Shown: positions 17,778 through 28,756 of the stretch, piece after piece
Numbering within the stretch: the stretch's first letter is position 1
How the letters are laid out: the number at the start of each line of letters is the position of its first letter
Assembly: GCA_016720705.1 (NCBI GenBank)
Contig: JADKKB010000002.1
Location: 32,428 to 96,427 of the forward strand
Reading direction: 5' to 3'
DNA length: 64,000 bases
Origin: Chloracidobacterium sp.
GTDB lineage: Bacteria; Acidobacteriota; Blastocatellia; Pyrinomonadales; Pyrinomonadaceae
Program-made: the position numbers and the translations under genes
Notes under the pieces: model-generated
Databases searched by the model: none
Told to the model about the DNA's origin: nothing
The model's input: the letters and a program-made list of their open reading frames with translations, nothing else

Positions 17778-17915
17778 CGTGCCATTTTTGAAGCGGTGTT
17801 ACTTGCACAACGTAAAAATGGCACGATTTGTCGCTGCAAATGCTTTGGTAACAATCGGTTACAAGCGTCCCGCGTGTGCAAAAATGGCACGATTTATGGC
17901 ACGAATTTTGGCACG
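17778..17915 (+). repeat. Cluster of TGGCACG motifs (possible protein-binding array)
   Basis: TGGCACG at 17819, 17885, 17897 and 17909, the last three exactly 12 bp apart. aaaaatggcacgattt occurs twice (17814-17829, 17880-17895). An inverted copy cgtgccattttt at 17778-17789 forms a 12-bp inverted repeat with 17814-17825. Confidence 0.6.
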
Positions 17916-17942
17916 GTCGAGGCCATACGGCACTACGTAATT

Positions 17943-18725
17943 CTACTCACCCGAATTTTCGCGGGCTATCGCGTAAAGAGCGGACTTGACTTGAAACGGA
18001 GTGAGATTGGGATACCCTTCGACAAATCGTGCAACTACGCCGCTGATATGCGGGCAGGCAAAGCTGTTGCCGGTCAGGTTTCGATGTCCGCCGCCAAGCC
18101 ACGACGTGCGTACGTTTACCCCCGGCGCCGTGAGTTCGATGATCTGACCATAATGAAATCCGAATTTGAGCGGATCAGTTTCCTCGCTCTTTATCACCGA
18201 GATCAGCGATGACGAGAATACGGACGGAAAGCTCGGTTGCGGCAGATTGTTGGCCGCAGCAACGACGATACATCCTGCTTGGTACGCCCGATCGAGCATA
18301 TCGTGCAATGGGGCAAAAAATTGCGGCTTGGTCGTACCCAAACTTAGATTTATGACCTTGTAACGTTGCTTGATCGCATATTCGAGACCTGCGATAAAAA
18401 CCTGGCCATCACCGAGTCCACCGGCACCGAGGACCTTGATACTGGCAAATTTTGCATCGGGTGCGATCTTAGCGACTATACCCGCACACGCAGTACCGTG
18501 CCCTGCCGAATCACCCTCGGCCGACGGATCGAAAAAGACCCGATTCCCTTCCACACGGGCGTCGACCGACTCGATCACTTTGCCCTTTAATTCGGGGTGA
18601 TCAGCATCGATGCCGCTATCCACGATCGCCACGGTCACGCCCCTGCCGGTCGCATCGCGCCAGTCGTGCCGCGGCTTAAAGTACCCCGACATTGTGGACA
18701 TAAATTGTGATTCATCGACCGGCAT
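17943..18725 (-). CDS. Compact S8 (subtilisin-like) serine peptidase with no signal peptide (260 aa)
   Basis: Catalytic blocks VAIVDSGID (Asp), HGTACAGIV (His) and GNSFACPHISG (Ser). No hydrophobic N-terminus and no obvious propeptide. Confidence 0.9.
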   Translation of the reverse strand: MPVDESQFMSTMSGYFKPRHDWRDATGRGVTVAIVDSGIDADHPELKGKVIESVDARVEGNRVFFDPSAEGDSAGHGTACAGIVAKIAPDAKFASIKVLGAGGLGDGQVFIAGLEYAIKQRYKVINLSLGTTKPQFFAPLHDMLDRAYQAGCIVVAAANNLPQPSFPSVFSSSLISVIKSEETDPLKFGFHYGQIIELTAPGVNVRTSWLGGGHRNLTGNSFACPHISGVVARFVEGYPNLTPFQVKSALYAIARENSGE

Positions 18726-18756
18726 ATGATCGTTTGGACGACACGCTAAGTAAATT

Positions 18757-19551
18757 TCAATAGTTCATAAAGCTCGTCGAAGCTTTTGTGTCCGAGTACC
18801 GAAGTATCGTCTCCAGCAATTCGCGGCAAAGTTTGCGTTCGGCGTCGCCAAGCGATGCGACCTCGCGGACCAGGACCGAAAGGTCAAGACGCTCGCGGCT
18901 TTCGCCGGCATCCCGCAACTCCGCGACCCATTTGCGCACCGACGAAAAATCCATAACGCCGTCATTGCTCAGAACCTTATCGCTCAGGTCGCTGAACAAA
19001 CGAGCCGAGTGGTAGGCATTGACCATAGCCGCGATCGCATCTGCGTAGATCGCTGCCCGGTCCATCTCATCCGGAGTAAAAGGGTTAAATGGCGGGTCGC
19101 CCTTGCGATTGATATATTCGAGCACCCCGATCACTTCGCCGCCATACCTCAACGGTGTGGCGAGTATCGTCTGGGTCGAAAAGCCGGTCGCCCGATCGAC
19201 CTCGGCGTAAAAGGTATTGTCGTCGCCGACATCCGTGATGGCCATCGGTTGCCCCGATGAAAGCACAAAGCCGGCGATGCCCTTTCCGGACGGCACGGTC
19301 ATTCCGATCAGACGATCGGCCACACGCCCGATCGCGGCCAGGAATCGAAGATCGCCGCCACTGCCCTCTCGTACCAGCACGGACGCTTCGTCCGAGTTCA
19401 TACTCGCCGCCGAGGACACCAGCAGTTCGTTGATCGAACTCGTGAACGGTTCGGACATCAACCTTGCAATATCGATCGTCTCGATCAATTGCTGAAGTTT
19501 GGCGGATAGCCCGCGATCGTCGAGTTCGGACATAGGTGCATTTTGAATCAA
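18757..19551 (-). CDS. GAF-domain protein with a ~90-aa helical C-terminal extension (264 aa)
   Basis: GAF-like core from SVLVREGSGGDLRFLAAIG through GKGIAGFVLSSGQPMAITDV to ILATPLRYGGEVIGVLEYINRK. Lies 31 nt upstream of the S8 peptidase gene and is co-oriented with it. Confidence 0.8.
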   Translation of the reverse strand: MIQNAPMSELDDRGLSAKLQQLIETIDIARLMSEPFTSSINELLVSSAASMNSDEASVLVREGSGGDLRFLAAIGRVADRLIGMTVPSGKGIAGFVLSSGQPMAITDVGDDNTFYAEVDRATGFSTQTILATPLRYGGEVIGVLEYINRKGDPPFNPFTPDEMDRAAIYADAIAAMVNAYHSARLFSDLSDKVLSNDGVMDFSSVRKWVAELRDAGESRERLDLSVLVREVASLGDAERKLCRELLETILRYSDTKASTSFMNY

Positions 19552-19706
19552 ATCGTAGGCATTATCAAACGTTCAGTGGGTTAATAAATTTACTGGAATC
19601 TACGCCCCTTTCGTTCTTTTAGCTATGCAACTTGTAACGAGACGGAGATTGTCAGCACGTCGTCCTGCCACCGACCGGCGGACCGTGTTAGTGCGGTGTA
19701 TTAAGT

Positions 19707-21434
19707 ATGAGGCGATCCATTTGGATTCTTTGCGTTTTGGCTATCGCGTTGCCCACCGCGCTGACCGCCCAACGGACACTTTTATCGGCTCCGGGCAAAG
19801 GCTCCGATCCCGATCCTTTTCGGATAGCTGCAGGTTCTACATTTTCAGCCTCCGCCCCGTCCGGACACCGTGCCGAAATTGCACTTGCTGCCACTACCGA
19901 GCGACGGCAGATCGTCGAGGAACTAGACGAGGCACAGCGACTGATACAGGGCAACTATGCCGGTGGCCCAAAGCCGCGCACCGAAGAACTGACGCGATCG
20001 GCACTGACCTCTCTGCTACATCAACTCGATCCGCATTCAAACTTTTACGATCGATCGGAGTGGAAAGCTCTGCTCGATGAACAGCGGAGCGGTTATGCCG
20101 GCATAGGTGCGTCACTATCGACTTTTGCACGCAATTCGAGCGTCGATACCTATATCGTTTCAACATTTGAACGAACCCCCGCACGACTTGCCGGGCTGCA
20201 TTTTGGCGATCGGATCGTTGCAATAAACGGCACCAACGTCGAAGGCCGATCGACGGAAGAGACGCGGGACAAGATCCGTGGGCCGATCGGTACAATTGTC
20301 CGGATCACTGTCGAACGCCCGGACACAGGTCAGCGGGAGACCGTCACCGTCAAGCGTGCGATCGTAGAACAGCCATCGGTACCGGATGCCTATATCATCA
20401 AGCCGGGCGTAGGTTACATAGACCTTTCCGAGGGCTTCAGCTACACCACGGACACGGAATTCGGAAACGCTCTATTAAAGCTGAAACGAGCGGGAATGAC
20501 GTCGGCGATCGTAGATCTACGCGGCAACGGCGGCGGACTAGTGGACCAGGCGGTAAAGGTCGCCGAACGCTTTCTGCCAAAAGGCACGCTGATAGTGTCC
20601 CAACACGGGCGGACGTCGGCGGACGACCTGGAATGGGTTTCTAGCAATACGGCGGCCGAAACTATGCCGCTTGTCCTATTGGTTGACGAAAATACGGCAT
20701 CAGCATCCGAGATCGTCGCCGGTGCATTTCAGGACCGCGACCGGGCTATCATCGTCGGCGAGAGGACGTTTGGCAAAGGACTTGTCCAAAACGTCATCGA
20801 CCTACCGTTTAAGACAGGGCTCACATTGACTGCCGCCCGATATTACACGCCATCGGGCCGTTCGATACAGCGCGATTATGAACAGATCAGCCGTTATCAA
20901 TATTTTAGTCACCTGACCCCGTCAGCCGATATCGGCCTGCCGTATTATGAGGCAAAAACCCTTACGGATCGCCGCGTCTATGGCGGCAACGGGATCTCGC
21001 CTGACGTTTCCTCTGAGCCGGTTCTGATGAATGCGCAGCAACTCGCTCTGCTCGATCCGATATTCGCCTATGCAAATGACCTTATAAACGGCCGAGTGCC
21101 CGGATTTGAATCATACGCACAATACCGGACGCGTCAGTCGTCAAACACACTCGATCTATCGGCAATGGATTTGTCCGACGAGTTGATCAGCAAACTGGGC
21201 ATTTACAAGACCGCTGACGGTGCTGCAATATCGCCGAAAACCATTACTCGCGAGATGGATTTCATACGTTCCAGACTCCGTCATCATCTTGCAACATCCT
21301 CGGTCGGATCCACCTTAGCAAAACGCGTTTTGAACGACAGCGACCCGCAAATAAAGGCGGCGATAAGGGGTCTTCCCGCCGCCGCCGAACTCGAGCGTGC
21401 AGCCGAAAAAGCGATACGCTCCGGCCGCAAATAA
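19707..21434 (+). CDS. S41 family C-terminal processing (tail-specific) peptidase with PDZ domain
   Basis: Signal peptide MRRSIWILCVLAIALPTALTAQ. PDZ-like GIGASL...GDRIVAINGTNV. Motifs DLRGNGGGL, ASASEIVAGA and GERTFGKGLVQ. Confidence 0.9.
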   Translation: MRRSIWILCVLAIALPTALTAQRTLLSAPGKGSDPDPFRIAAGSTFSASAPSGHRAEIALAATTERRQIVEELDEAQRLIQGNYAGGPKPRTEELTRSALTSLLHQLDPHSNFYDRSEWKALLDEQRSGYAGIGASLSTFARNSSVDTYIVSTFERTPARLAGLHFGDRIVAINGTNVEGRSTEETRDKIRGPIGTIVRITVERPDTGQRETVTVKRAIVEQPSVPDAYIIKPGVGYIDLSEGFSYTTDTEFGNALLKLKRAGMTSAIVDLRGNGGGLVDQAVKVAERFLPKGTLIVSQHGRTSADDLEWVSSNTAAETMPLVLLVDENTASASEIVAGAFQDRDRAIIVGERTFGKGLVQNVIDLPFKTGLTLTAARYYTPSGRSIQRDYEQISRYQYFSHLTPSADIGLPYYEAKTLTDRRVYGGNGISPDVSSEPVLMNAQQLALLDPIFAYANDLINGRVPGFESYAQYRTRQSSNTLDLSAMDLSDELISKLGIYKTADGAAISPKTITREMDFIRSRLRHHLATSSVGSTLAKRVLNDSDPQIKAAIRGLPAAAELERAAEKAIRSGRK

Positions 21435-21436
21435 AA

Positions 21437-21466
21437 AAGGCTCTTTCGCCGAAACGAAAGAGCCTT
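21437..21466. terminator. Bidirectional intrinsic terminator between convergent genes
   Basis: aaggctctttcg-ccgaaa-cgaaagagcctt flanked by A and T runs. Confidence 0.7.
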
Positions 21467-21484
21467 GATCCAACATCGAACGAA

Positions 21485-24400
21485 CTAGAAGCTCAACTTA
21501 CCGGAGATCTGAATACGCCTTGCGCTATTCGTAACCGAATCATTGATACGTCCAAAGATCGAAGATGTGATAACCGCTGTCGGATTATCAAATGACGGGT
21601 TGTTTGTGATATTTCGAGCATCGACACGAACCAAAAACTTGACCCTCTCGGTGATACCGAAGGATTTCGAAAGCGATGCGTCTGTCTGGAAATAACGCGG
21701 AGCCAGGAAGAAGTTACGTCCCGTGTTTCCGATGGTACCGGGTGCCGGTGCGGAAAACATTCCCCTGTCAGCGGAATCAAACCAGAAATTACGTCCTGAT
21801 TCGAGTACCAAACTACCCATATTACGCGTACAACCGCTACAGTTGGCGGTCGACTGCACGACGTTGCTCAGGGAGTTTACGCCCGAGTACACCGTGAACG
21901 GTCGTCCGCTCTGCCAGATGACCGTACCTGACAACTGCCAGCCGCCGACAATATAATCGACGACGCGATTACCGCTCGAGAGCCATTTGCCCTTGCCGAA
22001 CGGCATCTCGTAAACGTAGGTTCCCTGAAATACGTGACGGCGATCAAAGTCAGACCACGCATAGTTCAGATTGCGGTCGCGAAGGTCAAACGGCGTGCTC
22101 GATGCCGACTGATTGGAACCCGTCGATACCGTGCTGAGTGAAGGATCCCAAGAGCGGTTATCCATCGACTTTGACCACGTGTAAGCCAATTGGAAGCCCA
22201 GACCATTTGTGATACGGCGTTTGAAGATAAACTCGAACGCTTTGTAATTGGAATAGTCGTTACTGTCAAACACGTTCAAACCGCCAGTGAACTGCGTGTA
22301 GGGCTGAAAGACGAACGGGTTATTTGCCGTTCGGCTTATCAGTTGAACGCCAGTTGCGGTACAGATACCGTTGGTCACGTCAGCGGTCTGACACAATCTC
22401 TGTGACAGTCCGAGGGCGGCCGACGCAGCACTTCCGTTCGCGATCGAAGAGCTGTTAAGTCCCCGGAAAGTCGTCGTTCCGGCATTGTTGGCCGCATTTC
22501 CCGTAAAGAGGAAATTGATCAGCGGACTATTGTAAGTGCTGTTTGCACGGATCGCATTGAATGCTTCAAGGAAGCTCTCATTAATGCCCGGCACCTTAGC
22601 AAAAACATTTACCTGGTTAACGTTGTAACCGCCGAGCAAATGGACGCCGTGCTTGCCGATGTAGTTAAACTCAAACACATTGTTCTTGGTTATCTCACGC
22701 TGGAAGCTGAGTGACCAAGAATGGATCTGCGGAAACTGCAGGTCGGGGTCGATGACATTGATCGAGCCGGTGCCGAATGCGGCCGGCTGTCTCAACGCCG
22801 TCGTCGTAGCTGTCGGGTACAAGGTTCCGTAAACGGGACCGAGATTGCGATAAAGACCGCCCGACTGGCCGTATGCCGAGTTGGTCGCCGAGGTGTTATT
22901 TCCGGGAGTGCCCTGGAATATCGACGAACCGAACAGGAATGACGCGATCCTATCAGACGAGATGCGATAGTTTGCTCTGATCGAGGTTTTACCCGATTTG
23001 AACGGATCCCACGCGAAACCTACAGATGGCAGGAATTTGCTGTAATCATTCTTGAAGAGATCTCCTTCGGTCCATTTCAGGGTGTTAGACGGAGCGGCTC
23101 CAAGTTTGACGTCTTGGTCAGGACGCAAGATCGGACGATTGTCGACCTTTGGATTCAGCTTTGCTTCCCAGCGAAGCCCAATGTCAAAGACAAGGTTGCG
23201 TCGTGCACGCCAGTTATCCTGGACGTAAAAATCATACTCATTGTAAAAAGCACGATTCTTCCAACGAGTTCCCGCCGGCTCCCAATTTCCGCCATTCGAA
23301 ACGAATGCCTGCGAAATAGAACCAACGCGGCCGATCAGATCATTGATCGTGTTCTGAAGACGTGTCAGATCGGTTGCATTTATGCCCGTAGAACCCGCGG
23401 CCGGTAAACCGTATCCTGTGTATCCACCGGAACCGCCGAACGAGACGATCGGCTCGATCGCACTGCCCGAGACCGACGAGCGGTCATCGGTGTGACGTCC
23501 AAAGCGAAAATTCAGACCGGCTTTGATCGTGTGAGGCGAAAAGTCGAAGGTCATATTGTCGACCAACTGCCAGGTCCGCAAGAATCTCGCATTATACGAG
23601 AAATTCGTATTCGGGGTCGCCGCGTTTATAAACGCGAACGGCAAGAGCGGATCCGGCGTCGGAGTTGCAAAGTCAAAGCCGAATCGGCTGTATCCAAAAA
23701 CGGCCTCATTTGTAAATCGAGCCGTCGGTGACCAACGCCAGTTAATTGCTAGATTCTTCGGCGTACGTGCGGTGTCTACAAAATTAGGTGAGTTCGGAAA
23801 TACCGGACGGCCGCCGTTGCCCGAGTCACCCAAGCTGGTTTGGCTGCCCTGTGCCCAGCGGACGTAGAACGCATTTTGATCATCAAGTTTGAAATCAAAC
23901 TTCGTTGTCAGATCGTATTGATCTTCGTGTTGCGGCGACGCAAAATTAAAGCCTGCGGTATTGAGGCCATCGCCCGTCGTAAAGTTGTTTGGCAACGGCA
24001 TTGCATTGAGGTATGCCGCCAGCACCGGATCGATCGAAACCGGAGCGGTTGTCGCAATGTTGTAGCTCGAGATACACGGGCTATTGGTCGGCGGCGTACC
24101 GGTACACGCCGGCAATATCGCGTTTCCTGTTCCGTCGACAGATGCGGTGGCTGACCCGGATGGGGCATTTGCACGGCCAACAACGTATCGGAACAATCCG
24201 GCACGTGCCGAGGGGGTGTATACCGCTCTCGTTACCAACGCGGTGTCATATGCTTTTAGCTTCTGCAGGTTTACAAAGAAGAAGAATCAATCCTTGAGCA
24301 GGCTCTTTAATGATGTTTCTTCGCCAAATCCAAATGTCGGCACCGGGCCGCCGAAGCTGCCGCCGAAAATGTGTTGAACAAATTGTTCCTTTGGAAGGCC

Positions 24401-25222
24401 GGCGATCGTGATCGGATATGATTTTGCATTAAACCGAGGTGTTTGATAATACTCAAACAGATTGCCGTGGAATTCATTCGTACCGGAACGGGTCACGAGC
24501 GTCACCTGAGCTCCGCTGCTGCGGCCGAGTTCGGCCGTAAAGTTACTTGTTACGATCTGAAATTCTTGTACTGAATCCGGATTTGGCCGAAGCGGTGTGA
24601 AATTGGAACCGCCGGCACTCGATTCGTTAATGTCGATGCCGTCAAGCGTAAAGTTAAACGCACGGTCACGCGAGCCGTGAACGTTAACCGCTCCGCCCGT
24701 ATTGCCGCCAAACACCACTCCGGGTTGGAAATTGAGAAGGTCCAGCGGATTGCGTCCGCGGGTACCGACGATCGGCAAACTCTCAAGCGTCCGTTGCTCA
24801 ACGGTGCTGCCGATATTACCCGACGTACTCGTTTGAACAACTTCGGCCGTGCCGGTAACGGTCACGGTTGCCGATACGTCACCGACCTCAAGCGCCACAT
24901 TGATGGTCGATGGCTGATTGATCAAGGCCGTGTTTCCGGTAGAAACAAACTTTTTGAAGCCTGCTTTTTCAACCGTTAAGTCATATGCTCCGGGTTGGAT
25001 AAGGTCAAATACATACGCACCGTTGCTGTTGGTCTGCGTCGTAAATGTATTCCCTGCACCTTGCCGTTTTATGGTAACCGATGCTCCGGCCACGGCGGCC
25101 CCGGATGTGTCAGCAACCACGCCTGTGATACGCGACGTTGTGCCCTGTGAAAAGGCCGTCAACGAAAATAACGCAAATGACGCTATTATTGCGACATTGC
25201 GAAAAAGCCGATTTGCTCTCAT
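21485..25222 (-). pseudogene. TonB-dependent receptor with N-terminal CarboxypepD_reg domain, interrupted by one in-frame TGA (24287-24289)
   Basis: ORFs 24287-25222 (signal peptide, ITGVVADTSGAAVAGASVTIK..., plug) and 21485-24238 (beta-barrel ending ...ISGKLSF) are in the same frame. The junction reads LKD-TGA-FFFFVNLQKLKAYDTALVTRAV. Confidence 0.8.
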
Positions 25223-25364
25223 TATTTATCCTCCAAAAGGTAGCGAATTGAAATGGATCGACCCGAAGACAACCGGATCATCTTGCTGAAATTTAGAGGT
25301 AACATACCACAGGTTTTACAAACTGTTAACCTGTTAGAGACATTCGGTGATTTTTTTTTTATGA

Positions 25365-26378
25365 CTATCGAAGATATTCAATTATCGTGCCGTCCGCACC
25401 GACCGCAAATCCGTATTTTTTGGTCATAAAAAGGCCGTAAAGATGTGAGCGAGTATTACTCTCCTGGCGAATCCAGGTCCGACCTTTGTCAGACGACCTG
25501 AGTAGCGTGCCGCCATATCCGACGATCCAACCATTCTTGTCATCCGCAAAATCGACGCGCAACAGGGTGTCCTTAAAGTTGGTCACGACTTTTTGCCACG
25601 TTGCCCCGCCATTCTCCGTTCGAAGGATCGTACCTGTCTTGCCAACGATATAACCCTCGTTATCGTCGCGAAAGTCTACATTGTAAAGCGGCATCGAGGT
25701 TCCCGAGGACTGTTCACGCCAGTTCGCACCGCCGTCGGTCGTTGCGAAGATCACTCCGTCATCGCCGACGATCCAGCCGTGCGAACTGCCGTTGAAATCG
25801 AGATGAATAAGCTCTTTTTTAGATGGTACGCGAATACGCTGCCACGTATCGCCGGCGTCTTCGGTCTTCATCGCCAGCGAGTCGATCACATCGCCTTTAG
25901 CATTCAATATCGACCCGACCACGACACCGCGCTTTTTATCCGCAAACTTGATGCTCAAAAACTCGGGCGTACCGCTCGGAAAATCGCCTGAACGAAAAAT
26001 CCGTGTTTCCTGCCAGGTGCGGCCTGCATCTTTAGTGACATACATCTTGCGGCCCGCGACCAGGTACCCATTGTTGTCATTTCGAAAATAGATCTCGTTG
26101 ATGTCGTCGGGAGTGTTTAGCGGATATTTGTCCCACGTTTTGCCGCCGTCCGACGTTGATGCGAGGTATCCGGCGTCGCCCGCGACATATCCGCGGCTTG
26201 ACGACGTAAAGTAAACGGTGACGAGATCCACCTTTTCGGTGGCCGCCCGAGACGTCCAACCGCCTTGAGCCAGCGATGTCAGCCCACAAATACAAATGAC
26301 CGCTAATGTAACCAGAGTCTTTAACAAAATATTTCCCTCCAAATGCGCCAAAGTGGATATGCTCACTGTCGTCGGCAA
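25365..26378 (-). CDS. BNR/Asp-box repeat beta-propeller protein (Ycf48-like)
   Basis: Six Asp-box motifs: TSDGGKTW, TKDAGRTW, TEDAGDTW, TTDGGANW, TENGGATW and SSDKGRTW. Signal-like LVTLAVICICGLTSLAQG. The true start may be internal. Confidence 0.85.
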   Translation of the reverse strand: MPTTVSISTLAHLEGNILLKTLVTLAVICICGLTSLAQGGWTSRAATEKVDLVTVYFTSSSRGYVAGDAGYLASTSDGGKTWDKYPLNTPDDINEIYFRNDNNGYLVAGRKMYVTKDAGRTWQETRIFRSGDFPSGTPEFLSIKFADKKRGVVVGSILNAKGDVIDSLAMKTEDAGDTWQRIRVPSKKELIHLDFNGSSHGWIVGDDGVIFATTDGGANWREQSSGTSMPLYNVDFRDDNEGYIVGKTGTILRTENGGATWQKVVTNFKDTLLRVDFADDKNGWIVGYGGTLLRSSDKGRTWIRQESNTRSHLYGLFMTKKYGFAVGADGTIIEYLR

Positions 26379-26494
26379 GCTAAACGCTCACCACTTAAAT
26401 ACGAAAAGGTGATCAGAATGTATAGAATAACCTTTCTACACTTCAAAATCACCTTTTCGGATGCGGGATCAACTTCCTGAGTTTACTCAGTTCG

Positions 26495-28756
26495 TCATTT
26501 AGTCACGCGGTAAACCTTGCCTTTCCAGACAACGATCACCCTATCGCCGAGCGACAGATACGGTGCGAGCCCCGTTTCGACCGACACGAGACGGAAATAC
26601 TCATCACTCGCAAACTTGACGGAAATCTCCGGCAACCTTGCCGACTCTGAATAGTCAGCGTCGATCCAAACGCTATCCTGACTCGTAAAGTTCTTGTTAG
26701 CGACAAATTGGTTGGTGACAGTATTTCGGATCAATATCTGCTCGCTGGCTTCCTTTTTCTCATCAGCGACAACGCTCATATTTGACTGCATATTATTTTG
26801 CTGAACGCTAAGTTGAACGGCACGTGCACCGCTCCTGTCTTGCATCGCCTTGGCCGCCGGCATTGCACGGGCAGAGTCCATCGTCATTCCGGCACGAATA
26901 TTTGACAACGAACCGTCGGTCGCCAGATAAGACGTGTATGGCGTCACAAGACCATAGCGCGTGCCGAGGTCGACAACTTCGTCCTTGGTCTCTTTTGTCT
27001 CGCCGATAGCTCTGATCTGCTCCAAAAGCCAGCCCACTCGACGGCTTGCCCACAATCGCGGCAAAAAATTGTTTTCGTCAGCTCGATTTGGAAAATCGAG
27101 GTTTGTGTAGCTAAACGTCTTGGTTTCCTTGCCGGCCTTACCGGTCAACTTCAGCGTAATATTCCTTAGGTCATTGGAGTTCTTATAACGCCCAACGATC
27201 GTCATCTGGCCGCCGCGAAACAAATCGGTGAGTTTCCGCGGATAGGTGTATTCGGTGAGTAGCGGCCCAAAATCCATTTCAAGATTCGACAAAACCGGCG
27301 AACTCACACGCGAAAAGAAATTAGACACTTTGACCTCAAGATCCTCTTTGGGCTGCACATAATCGGAAATGCCTGAATTTTCGGAGCCAAGCCGATCCAG
27401 AAGTGTCGTATTAACGTCATAGCCAAAGCCGAATGGGAAGATTCGCACATCGACATTCTTCGAGCTCTTTAAGTTGGAGATTATCTTGTCGACATTGGTC
27501 TCGCCTACAGTTGGCAGCCCATCGGTCATAAATACGAGCATCTTCGGCCGGTCGCTATTATCAAATAGTTTGAGCGAGGCGATCAGCGAATCATTGATGT
27601 TTGTGCCGCCGCTCGGGTTCAACTTCCCGATAAAATCCTCGCCACGCTTTCTGCCTTGAGCATTTGCGTCGATCAAGCCCCGTTCCATCAAATGTTCTTC
27701 GCCGGCAAAATTTACGATATTAAATCGATCACCGTCGCGTAGCGTCCTGATCCCGAACAATAACGCCTTGCGGGCCTTTTCCATTTTGCCTTCCTCGGCC
27801 ATTGACCCCGAAGTGTCGAGTACAAAGACGATATCTTTGTTGACCAATTCCCTGTCAGAAAGTCCGTCCTTTGGTGAAAGCATCAAGAGAAAATAGCCGT
27901 CCTTACCCGGTTCGCGATAGGTAACGAGCGACATTCCAAAATCATTGTTCGAGAGCCCAAAAAAAAGTTGGAAATCAGTATCATTCCCCTTGGACTCGAA
28001 CGAGACTGACGCCGATGTCTCCCCTTTTCGCTTAATATCGATCTGATGCGACGGTGAATAAATATTACGAATCTCGTCTTTGCCGACAATTTCGATCTTG
28101 CCGGAAACGGTTCCGAAACGCTGTGCGGGTGCGCCCAACGGCTGCCTGGAGATAACATCCTCCATCGGCAACGGCGTGCGATTTGCCCAGACATTGCGGC
28201 CCGTGCCCAGCGGATATCGATATGAGACAGTCCCGGACTCGGCTTTCAGTATTTCAGAATAAGTCAGCTCAAGCTTTTTGTCGGAGTATGGCGGAATGGG
28301 GAATATCGACGCCTGAAATAGGTTCTTGCCGGCATATTCGAGCAGTCCGGGATCGCGTTGGCGGCGAACGATCTCGTCGTAAATGCGTCTAGCCTCTTCC
28401 CGTGAACGAACTTCGCCGACGAGCTTTTTCCCGTTTTCCCAAATTGCAAATTCGATTACAGACGCAGTTTCGGGTATTGGGAAAAAGTATGTGCCCTCGA
28501 GCGTGTACTGCGTGTCATTGCGAAATATCTGCACTACGTGCGTCGTTGCAACCTGGCCGTTGATCTTAGTATCAAGCTCGATAGATTTGACCGGTAATGC
28601 GTTTGGCAAAGGCTGCGGCATCGGCCGAGGTATCGGGCGGCACGGGCGAATATCGCAAACTATGGGAATAATAACGCCCTGAGCGGACGCGGCGGCAACT
28701 GAAAACAAACCAACAAATGCAGCGATCAAGACAGCGACAAAGCTTCTGATTTTCAT
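26495..28756 (-). CDS. VIT plus von Willebrand factor A domain protein
   Basis: VIT-like N-terminus (QVATTHVVQIFRNDTQYTLEGTYFFPIPETASV). vWA MIDAS motif DIVFVLDTSGSM. Start chosen at MKIRSFVAVLIAAF (28756), with GGAG 8 nt upstream. The ORF track extends to 28813. Confidence 0.85.
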   Translation of the reverse strand: MKIRSFVAVLIAAFVGLFSVAAASAQGVIIPIVCDIRPCRPIPRPMPQPLPNALPVKSIELDTKINGQVATTHVVQIFRNDTQYTLEGTYFFPIPETASVIEFAIWENGKKLVGEVRSREEARRIYDEIVRRQRDPGLLEYAGKNLFQASIFPIPPYSDKKLELTYSEILKAESGTVSYRYPLGTGRNVWANRTPLPMEDVISRQPLGAPAQRFGTVSGKIEIVGKDEIRNIYSPSHQIDIKRKGETSASVSFESKGNDTDFQLFFGLSNNDFGMSLVTYREPGKDGYFLLMLSPKDGLSDRELVNKDIVFVLDTSGSMAEEGKMEKARKALLFGIRTLRDGDRFNIVNFAGEEHLMERGLIDANAQGRKRGEDFIGKLNPSGGTNINDSLIASLKLFDNSDRPKMLVFMTDGLPTVGETNVDKIISNLKSSKNVDVRIFPFGFGYDVNTTLLDRLGSENSGISDYVQPKEDLEVKVSNFFSRVSSPVLSNLEMDFGPLLTEYTYPRKLTDLFRGGQMTIVGRYKNSNDLRNITLKLTGKAGKETKTFSYTNLDFPNRADENNFLPRLWASRRVGWLLEQIRAIGETKETKDEVVDLGTRYGLVTPYTSYLATDGSLSNIRAGMTMDSARAMPAAKAMQDRSGARAVQLSVQQNNMQSNMSVVADEKKEASEQILIRNTVTNQFVANKNFTSQDSVWIDADYSESARLPEISVKFASDEYFRLVSVETGLAPYLSLGDRVIVVWKGKVYRVTK

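Noticed and set aside
17819-17915. TGGCACG motifs as sigma-54 (-24/-12) promoters
   Set aside because: I checked the GG-N10-GC rule for each copy. The dinucleotide 10 nt downstream is CG, GG or GG, never GC, and no downstream gene is placed appropriately.
19625-20080. 151-aa ORF overlapping the S41 protease start
   Set aside because: It is in a different frame from a well-supported gene that begins with a good signal peptide at 19707. It is Arg-rich.
24287-24289. The in-frame TGA in the TonB-dependent receptor as a selenocysteine codon
   Set aside because: The context (KD-x-FFFF in an outer-membrane barrel or plug linker) is not a redox site, and I recall homologues having a basic residue there. 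No obvious SECIS-like stem-loop follows. A nonsense mutation or sequencing error is more likely.
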